Positions 57,622 through 64,000 of a stretch of DNA of 64,000 nucleotides are shown here, piece by piece. The stretch is taken from contig CAWFCQ010000002.1 in assembly GCA_963814375.1 (NCBI GenBank), positions 64,001 through 128,000 of the forward strand. Direction: 5' to 3'. The translations under genes were made by a program, and so were the position numbers. The notes under the pieces are model-generated. The model was not told the origin of the DNA. It did no database searches and saw only the letters and a program-made list of their open reading frames with translations. Source of the stretch: an uncultured Chloroflexia bacterium. Its GTDB lineage: Bacteria > Chloroflexota > Limnocylindria > QHBO01. Within the stretch, counting starts at the first letter, position 1, and each line of letters opens with the position of its first letter.

Positions 57622-60600
57622 GTGCCGACTGCCACCCGCAACGATCCCCTCGCCCCCTTCAGCGAGCCGACGCAAGCCTGGTTCCGCGAAGCGTTCGCTG
57701 AGCCGACGCGCGCCCAGGAGCTTGGCTGGCCGGCCATCAGCGGCGGCCGCCACACGCTCATCCACGCGCCGACCGGCTCGGGCAAGACCCTGGCGGCCTT
57801 CCTCTGGTGCCTCGACCGCCTGGCGGCAGAGCCGCGACCGGCGAAGCGGACGGTCCGCGTGCTGTACATCAGTCCGCTCAAGGCGCTGGCGTACGACGTC
57901 GAGCGCAACCTCCGTTCGCCGCTGGCGGGCATCCGGCGCACGGCCGAGCGCCTCGGGCAGGCGGTGCCCGAGGTCAGCATCGCGTCACGCACCGGAGACA
58001 CGCCCGCCGATGCCCGGCGCGCACTCACGAAGGCCCCGCCTGACATCCTCGTCACCACCCCGGAGAGCCTCTACCTCCTGCTCACCAGCCAGGCGCGCGA
58101 GATCCTGCGCGGCGTCGAGCACGTCATCGTCGACGAGGTGCACGCCATCGCCGCCACGAAGCGCGGCTCGCACCTGGCGCTCAGCCTCGAGCGCCTGAGC
58201 CACCTCGCCGATGCCGATCCGCAGCGGATCGGCCTGTCCGCCACGCAGCGACCGCTGGAGTTGATCGGCGCCTTCCTCGGCGGCGTAGGGCGCGAGGTGG
58301 AGATCGTCGACGCCGGAGCCCGCAAGGAGCTCGACCTCGAGGTGATCGTGCCGGTCGAGGACATGGCTCGCATCGGCGACACGATCGACATCGACGAGGC
58401 GCCCGGCGGTCCGGCAGCGGGACCGGAGGCGAAGCACTCGATCTGGCCGTCGGTTCACCCGAAGCTGCTCGAGCTGATCCGGGCGCATCGGTCCACGCTG
58501 GTGTTCGTCAACAGCCGGCGGCTGGCCGAGCGGCTGGCAAGCCGGCTGAACGAGCTGGCAGGCGAGGAGCTCGTCCGCGCCCATCACGGCAGCGTCGCCC
58601 GTGAGCAGCGGCTCCAGATCGAGGAGGAGCTCAAAGCCGGGCGCCTGCCGGCGCTGGTGGCGACGTCGAGCCTCGAGCTGGGCATCGACATGGGCGCCAT
58701 CGACCTCGTCGTCCAGATCGAGGCGCCGCCCTCGGTCGCTTCGGGCATGCAGCGCATCGGCCGTGCCGGCCACAGCGTCGGCGAGCCGAGCGTCGGCAAG
58801 ATCTTCCCCAAGTACCGCGGCGACCTCGTTGAGGCCGCGGTGGTGGTCCAGCGGATGCGAACCGCGGCGATCGAGGAGACACGGATCCCACGCAACCCGC
58901 TCGACGTGCTGGCGCAGCAGCTGGTGGCGACCTGCGCCCACGACCGTTGGACCGTGGACGAGCTGCATCGGCTCGTGACCCGAGCGGAACCGTTCCGCGA
59001 CCTGTCGCGGGAGCAGCTCACGGGGGTGCTCGACATGCTGTCGGGGCGCTATCCCTCGGACGAGTTCGCCGACCTCAAGCCGCGTGTGGTGTGGGACCGC
59101 CAGACCGATGTGGTCGCATCGCGCAACGACGCCCGGGTGGTCGCCATCACGAGCGGCGGCACGATCCCGGACCGCGGCCTCTTCGGCGTCTTCCTGCCCG
59201 GCGACGACTCGCAGCGCGGCGGCCGGCGCGTCGGTGAGCTCGACGAGGAGATGGTCTACGAGTCGCGGGTGGGAGAGACCTTCCTGCTGGGGGCCTCGAC
59301 CTGGCGGATCGAGGAGATCCGGCCGGACCGAGTGATCGTCACCCCGGCACCCGGCGAGCCCGGGAAGATGCCGTTCTGGCACGGTGATGCCATCGGTCGC
59401 CCGATCGAGCTGGGCCGGGCCATCGGCGCCTTCCTGCGCGAGCTCGAGCCGATGAAGCCGGCGGACGCAGTGCGGCGCGTGCGCGAGGAGAACGCTCTCG
59501 ACGAGCTGGCAGCACGCAACCTCGTGGCCTATCTCGGCGAGCAGCGCGAGGTGACCGGGGTGCTCCCGACCGACCGCACCATCGTCATCGAGCGCTTCCG
59601 CGACGAGCTCGGCGACTGGCGCGTCGTGCTGCTCACTCCGTTCGGCGGCCGCGTCCATGCGCCGTGGTCGATGGCCATCGAGTCACGCCTGCGCGAGCAC
59701 CACGGGCTCGAGGTGCAGTCGATCTGGTCGGACGACGGCATCGCGGTGCGGCTGCCGGAGGGGGTCGACACCGACGGCGCCACGATCGAGGGCGCCCTGC
59801 TGCTCGATCCGGACGAGATCGAGGATCTGCTGATGGCGGAGCTCGGCGGGTCGGCGCTGTTCAGCGCGCGCTTCCGCGAGAACGCCGCCCGGGCGCTGCT
59901 CCTCCCACGTCGGCGGCCGGGTCAGCGCACGCCGCTGTGGATGCAGCGCCAGAAGTCGGCCGACCTGCTCGCGGTCGCCAGCCAGTACGGTTCTTTCCCG
60001 ATCATCCTCGAGACCTACCGCGAGGTCCTGCGCGACGTCTTCGACATGCCCGCGCTTCACGATCTGCTGGTCGAGATTCGCGCCCGGCGCATCCGGGTCG
60101 TGAGCGTCGAGTCGAAGTCGGCTTCGCCCTTCGCCAGCTCGCTGCTGTTCGACTACATCGGCTCGTTCATGTACGAGGGTGACGCTCCGCTGGCCGAGCG
60201 CCGCGCGCAGGCGCTGGCCCTCGATCGCGAGCTGCTGGCCGAGCTCCTCGGCACCGAGGAGCTGCGGGAGCTGATCGATCCCGAAGCGGTCGCCGATCTC
60301 GAGCTCGAGCTCCAGGCGCTGGCCGGTCCTCGTCGCGCTCGAACGACCGATGGCGTCGCCGACCTCCTGAGGCGGCTGGGCGACCTGCGGGCCGACGAGA
60401 TGGCCGCCCGCGTCGCCGACCCGCTCGACGCCGACACGGCCCTGGCCGAGCTCGAGACGATGCGCCGTGCGATCCGGCTGCGCATCGGCGGCGAGGAGCG
60501 CTGGATCGCGATCGAGGACGTCGGCCGCTATCGCGACGCGGTCGGGGCCAGCCCGCCGGCCGGCGTGGCCGAGGCCCATCTCGAGGCGGTCGATCGCCCG

Positions 60601-62079
60601 CTCGAGCTGCTGCTCGCGCGTTGGGCACGGACGCATGGCCCGTTCGTGGCCGATGCGCCGGCCGGCCGTTGGGGGATCGCCGTGCCGACCATCGAGGACC
60701 GGCTGCGGGCGATGTCGGCCACGGGTTCGCTGCTGGAGGGCGCCTTTCGCCCGGGTGGCGCGGCGCACGAGTTCACCGATCCGGATGTGCTGCGCCAGCT
60801 CCGTCGGCGATCGCTCGCGCGTCTCAGACGCGAGGTCGAGCCGGTCGAGCCGGAGATCCTGGCCCGCTTCCTGCCCGCCTGGCACGGCATCGGCGGCACA
60901 GCCGGAGGCCTCGGGCGGCTGGTCGAGGCGGTGGCACAGCTCGAGGGCGTCCCCATCCCGGCATCGGTCCTCGAGCGTGACGTGCTGGCCGCCCGGGTCG
61001 CCGGTTACGCGCCGCGCCTGCTTGATGAGCTGGGTGCGGCCGGCGAGGTCGTGTGGATCGGCCGCGGGTCGCTCGGGCGCGACGATGGGCGCGTGGCGCT
61101 CTACCGCCGCGATCGGGTCGATCTGCTGGCGCGCGCCGGCGCCAACGAGGAGCGGCCCTCGGATCCGGTCCACGACGCGGTCCGACGCCATCTCCAGCGC
61201 CGCGGCGCCTCGTTCTTCCCGCAGATGCGCGCGACGATCGCCGAGGCACGCACCGATGGCGAGCTGCTGGAGTCGATCTGGGACCTTGTCTGGGCGGGAG
61301 AGCTGACGAACGACACGTTCGCGCCGCTCCGCGCCCTCTCCCTTCCGCGCAGTCGCTCGAAGGCGACGCCCCGGCCCGGCCGGCTCATGTCGCTCGGACC
61401 TCCGAGCGCGGCCGGTCGCTGGTCGCTCGTCGCCGACCTGGTGGGCGAGGAGCGGTCACCCACCGAGCGCGGCCACGCCTTGGCGACGACGCTCCTCGAG
61501 CGCCAGGGCATTGTCACCCGCGAGGGCGTCGCGGCCGAGGGGATCGCCGGCGGATACGCATCGGTCTACCCGGTCCTGCGCGCCATGGAGGAGTCGGGCC
61601 GGGCACGCCGCGGCTACTTCGTGGCGGGTCTGGGCGCCGCCCAGTTCGCGCTGCCCGGCGCGGTCGACCGGCTCCGCGCCGTGCGCGAGGACGAGCCCAC
61701 AGTCCGCCTCCTCGCCGCCACCGATCCCGCCCAGCCGTACGGTGCCGCCCTGCCGTGGCCGCGCGGGGAAGGGGATGAGCGGCTGCCCCTCCAGCGAGCG
61801 GCCGGTGCCTACGTCGTCATGGTCGACGGTCGCGCCGCGCTCTACCTGGAGCGAGGCGGCAGGAGCCTGCTCACGATGCCCGGCATCGACCCGGAGGTGA
61901 TGTCCCGCGCGGTGGCGGCGCTGACCTCTCTCGTCGCACCGGGCGGGCCGGTGCGTGAGCTGCGTCTCGAACGCGTCGACCGCGGTCCGGTGGCGGAGTC
62001 ACCGCTCGCGGACACCCTGCGCGACGCGGGTTTCCGTCCAAGCTATCGCGGCTATCTCCTCCGGCGGCCGGACCGCTAG
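57622..62079 (+). CDS. lhr: Lhr-family SF2 helicase, long form
   Basis: APTGSGKT, DEVH, SAT, LELGIDMG, QRIGRAGH, GGTIPDRG, RRGYFV.GLGAAQFA. Confidence 0.96.
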   Translation: MPTATRNDPLAPFSEPTQAWFREAFAEPTRAQELGWPAISGGRHTLIHAPTGSGKTLAAFLWCLDRLAAEPRPAKRTVRVLYISPLKALAYDVERNLRSPLAGIRRTAERLGQAVPEVSIASRTGDTPADARRALTKAPPDILVTTPESLYLLLTSQAREILRGVEHVIVDEVHAIAATKRGSHLALSLERLSHLADADPQRIGLSATQRPLELIGAFLGGVGREVEIVDAGARKELDLEVIVPVEDMARIGDTIDIDEAPGGPAAGPEAKHSIWPSVHPKLLELIRAHRSTLVFVNSRRLAERLASRLNELAGEELVRAHHGSVAREQRLQIEEELKAGRLPALVATSSLELGIDMGAIDLVVQIEAPPSVASGMQRIGRAGHSVGEPSVGKIFPKYRGDLVEAAVVVQRMRTAAIEETRIPRNPLDVLAQQLVATCAHDRWTVDELHRLVTRAEPFRDLSREQLTGVLDMLSGRYPSDEFADLKPRVVWDRQTDVVASRNDARVVAITSGGTIPDRGLFGVFLPGDDSQRGGRRVGELDEEMVYESRVGETFLLGASTWRIEEIRPDRVIVTPAPGEPGKMPFWHGDAIGRPIELGRAIGAFLRELEPMKPADAVRRVREENALDELAARNLVAYLGEQREVTGVLPTDRTIVIERFRDELGDWRVVLLTPFGGRVHAPWSMAIESRLREHHGLEVQSIWSDDGIAVRLPEGVDTDGATIEGALLLDPDEIEDLLMAELGGSALFSARFRENAARALLLPRRRPGQRTPLWMQRQKSADLLAVASQYGSFPIILETYREVLRDVFDMPALHDLLVEIRARRIRVVSVESKSASPFASSLLFDYIGSFMYEGDAPLAERRAQALALDRELLAELLGTEELRELIDPEAVADLELELQALAGPRRARTTDGVADLLRRLGDLRADEMAARVADPLDADTALAELETMRRAIRLRIGGEERWIAIEDVGRYRDAVGASPPAGVAEAHLEAVDRPLELLLARWARTHGPFVADAPAGRWGIAVPTIEDRLRAMSATGSLLEGAFRPGGAAHEFTDPDVLRQLRRRSLARLRREVEPVEPEILARFLPAWHGIGGTAGGLGRLVEAVAQLEGVPIPASVLERDVLAARVAGYAPRLLDELGAAGEVVWIGRGSLGRDDGRVALYRRDRVDLLARAGANEERPSDPVHDAVRRHLQRRGASFFPQMRATIAEARTDGELLESIWDLVWAGELTNDTFAPLRALSLPRSRSKATPRPGRLMSLGPPSAAGRWSLVADLVGEERSPTERGHALATTLLERQGIVTREGVAAEGIAGGYASVYPVLRAMEESGRARRGYFVAGLGAAQFALPGAVDRLRAVREDEPTVRLLAATDPAQPYGAALPWPRGEGDERLPLQRAAGAYVVMVDGRAALYLERGGRSLLTMPGIDPEVMSRAVAALTSLVAPGGPVRELRLERVDRGPVAESPLADTLRDAGFRPSYRGYLLRRPDR

Positions 62080-62119
62080 GGACCACCAGGATCGCTCGGG
62101 CTGCGAGGCGTCGTCGGCG

Positions 62120-63637
62120 TCAGGGAAGTTCGGTCAGGACAGGTTGCCACACCGCCTGCTGGCCGCTCGCACCGTCGGGGGAGATCTGGCGTGGCTCGTC
62201 TCCTCCGTCGGCTCGCACGATCCACAGCGTCGGCTCGCGGCCGGTCGAGGTCGTATACATGAGCCACCCGCCGCTCGGCGACCAGGCCACCTCGCCGATG
62301 AAGGTGCCACTGTCGATCTGCACGAGGACGTCGGCGCCGCTGCCGTCGCCAGCGGCCACGGTCACGCCATCGGACGTCGCCATGGCGAGGCGGGTCCCGT
62401 CCGGCGACCAGGCCGGCATGCTGGTCGCCGTCGTGCCGCCGAGCACCGGGGCCGGCTCGCCGCCATCGATCGGCACCACGAAGGCGCGGGAAGGCGTTGC
62501 GCCGCTGAGGTCGACGAAGAGGACGCTCAGGCCGCTTCCATCGGGCAGCCACGCGAGGCCGCCCGGGTAGGCAGGCTCGGTCAAGGGCACCGGGTCGCCG
62601 CCGCCGACCGGCACGACGTACACCGCCGACGGCGGGTCGATGGTCTCGCCGCCCGCTCCGGCGGTCATGGCCAGCCGAGTCCCGTCCGGCGACCAGAATG
62701 GACCACCGGGTGAGAGGCCACCAAGCTCGAGCGGCTCCGGCGCGAGCTCCTGATCGGTGACGACGACGCCGCCGCCCGGCTCGCCGAGCCAGGCTAGACG
62801 TGTCCCGTCCGGCGACCACGCTGCCGCGACGCCGATGCCCAGCTCTCCGATCTCGGTGCCGTCCGGAGCGAGGAGGGCAAGCCGTGTCGGGAGCGTCGTC
62901 CCTCCCCTCGCCACCACCATCCGGGTGCCGTCGGGCGACCAGCGCCACTCGAGCAGCTCGGTCGACGATCCCAGGGAAGTGATGGCGGCGTCGCCGAACG
63001 GCGTGACGCTGACGACCATCGGCCCCTCGGCGCAGCCGTCGCAGCGGAACGTGAGCTGACCATCCTCGACCAGCCGCAGCCACGCGCCATCCGGCCCGCC
63101 AGCGACCCAGCCGGCGAGGGAGCCGGGACCGATGCGGACCTCGTACCACTCCATCTCGCCGGCCGCCACCTGGTTGCCCGTGGCGCCCATGAGCTGGCCG
63201 CGGCGCAGCGTGGCAACGACGTCGGCGTCGTCGGAGGCTTCCGCCCGCACGCGCAGCCCGTCGGCCTCGACGAACAGCGTGCGACCCGTCAGGAAGGCCG
63301 GGTCGGGAGCGACCGACGGCCCGTCGGAGGGCGCTGCCTGGCTCGGCGACGCGCTGGCTGCCGGGCTGACCACAGCCACGCCAGATGAAGTCGGCTCGGG
63401 AGACTGGGTGGCGTCGACGAGGAGCGGCAGTCGCAACCACCCGGAGCCAAGCGCCGCGCCGGCGGCCAGCGCGGTCAGGAGCAGCGCCGCAGCCAGCAGC
63501 AGGAACGGTGTCCGCCCTCGGCGGCGGTCGTCCGCGGTGACGGCGAGGCGGTCGAAGAGTGCGTCGGCGAACGCCGGGTCGGGCTCTTGGTCGCGCTCGA
63601 GGTTACGCAGGAGACTGCGAATCTGATCGTCATGCAT
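62120..63637 (-). CDS. Putative anti-sigma factor with TM, SH3-like and TolB-type propeller domains
   Basis: Short cytoplasmic N-terminus, TM, Pro/Ser linker, LRVR...WYEV...GWVA, repeated WSPDG. Confidence 0.75.
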   Translation of the reverse strand: MHDDQIRSLLRNLERDQEPDPAFADALFDRLAVTADDRRRGRTPFLLLAAALLLTALAAGAALGSGWLRLPLLVDATQSPEPTSSGVAVVSPAASASPSQAAPSDGPSVAPDPAFLTGRTLFVEADGLRVRAEASDDADVVATLRRGQLMGATGNQVAAGEMEWYEVRIGPGSLAGWVAGGPDGAWLRLVEDGQLTFRCDGCAEGPMVVSVTPFGDAAITSLGSSTELLEWRWSPDGTRMVVARGGTTLPTRLALLAPDGTEIGELGIGVAAAWSPDGTRLAWLGEPGGGVVVTDQELAPEPLELGGLSPGGPFWSPDGTRLAMTAGAGGETIDPPSAVYVVPVGGGDPVPLTEPAYPGGLAWLPDGSGLSVLFVDLSGATPSRAFVVPIDGGEPAPVLGGTTATSMPAWSPDGTRLAMATSDGVTVAAGDGSGADVLVQIDSGTFIGEVAWSPSGGWLMYTTSTGREPTLWIVRADGGDEPRQISPDGASGQQAVWQPVLTELP

Positions 63638-64000
63638 CGGTTCGGTCTCCGTAGGCGCGGCGGAAGCTGTCGCGCGCGCGGGTGAGCAGCGATTCGGTGG
63701 CCTTCTCCGACCGCCCGAGCACGGCGGCCACCTCGCGGACGCTCAGCCCGTCGAGGTACATGAAGAGCAGCGCCATGCGCTGGTCCGGGGCGAGCATCGC
63801 GAGCGCCGCCTCGACCTGCTGACGCGTCTCGGACGAGCGCCATTCGGAATCGGCGCCCGAGCGTTGCTGGTCCACGAGCTGGAGATGGCGCCGCTCCTCG
63901 CGCCCGTGGCGCCGGTAGTGATCGACGAGCTTGTTTCGGCCGATGGCGCACAGCCAGGTGACGACGCTTGAGCGTCCATCGAAGCGATCGCGGCTGCGAA
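63630..64000 (-). CDS. ECF sigma factor (5' truncated by window edge)
   Basis: FDGRSSVVTWLCAIGRNKLVDH region 2; L.PDQR...GLSVREVA..LGRS...RAR region 4. Confidence 0.9.
   Translation of the reverse strand, partial: RSRDRFDGRSSVVTWLCAIGRNKLVDHYRRHGREERRHLQLVDQQRSGADSEWRSSETRQQVEAALAMLAPDQRMALLFMYLDGLSVREVAAVLGRSEKATESLLTRARDSFRRAYGDRTDA

Noticed and set aside
146-62079. Many long antisense or alternate-frame Arg/Gly/Pro-rich ORFs
   Set aside because: Shadows of high-GC codon bias with no recognisable motifs
1-64000. CRISPR arrays, IS elements, rRNA
   Set aside because: No spaced repeats, transposase motifs or rRNA-like tracts seen by eye

Overview
A gene-dense, very GC-rich 64 kb chromosomal segment with about 66 genes. 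Gene content and style suggest an uncultured Chloroflexota- or Actinomycetota-like soil bacterium; that taxonomy is inference. In order it holds: an aa3-type cytochrome c oxidase operon whose subunit II carries a fused blue-copper domain; ispG; a coupled methyltransferase / FAD-oxidoreductase / SRPBCC-cyclase / ketosynthase operon; trxB; transport and hydrolase genes; and tRNA-Gly(TCC). After these come a Get3/ArsA-like ATPase with a small partner, ABC transporters, copA with a CsoR-like operator, a roughly 10 kb DosRS-like hypoxia island (NirK, cupredoxin-fused two-domain multicopper oxidase, DoxD, CBS, GNAT, CoA transferase, many DosR-box-like sites), lhr and a partial ECF sigma/anti-sigma pair. 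The most unusual element is a tandem double-HNH endonuclease gene directly upstream of the tRNA. Its stop codon is supplied by tRNA nucleotides 8-10, and it has a leaderless extended -10 promoter overlapped by a LexA-box-like site. At least seven single-base frameshifts in otherwise intact genes point to assembly indel errors. No CRISPR array, IS element, integrase or rRNA was seen. All calls come from motif recognition by eye; no searches were run.
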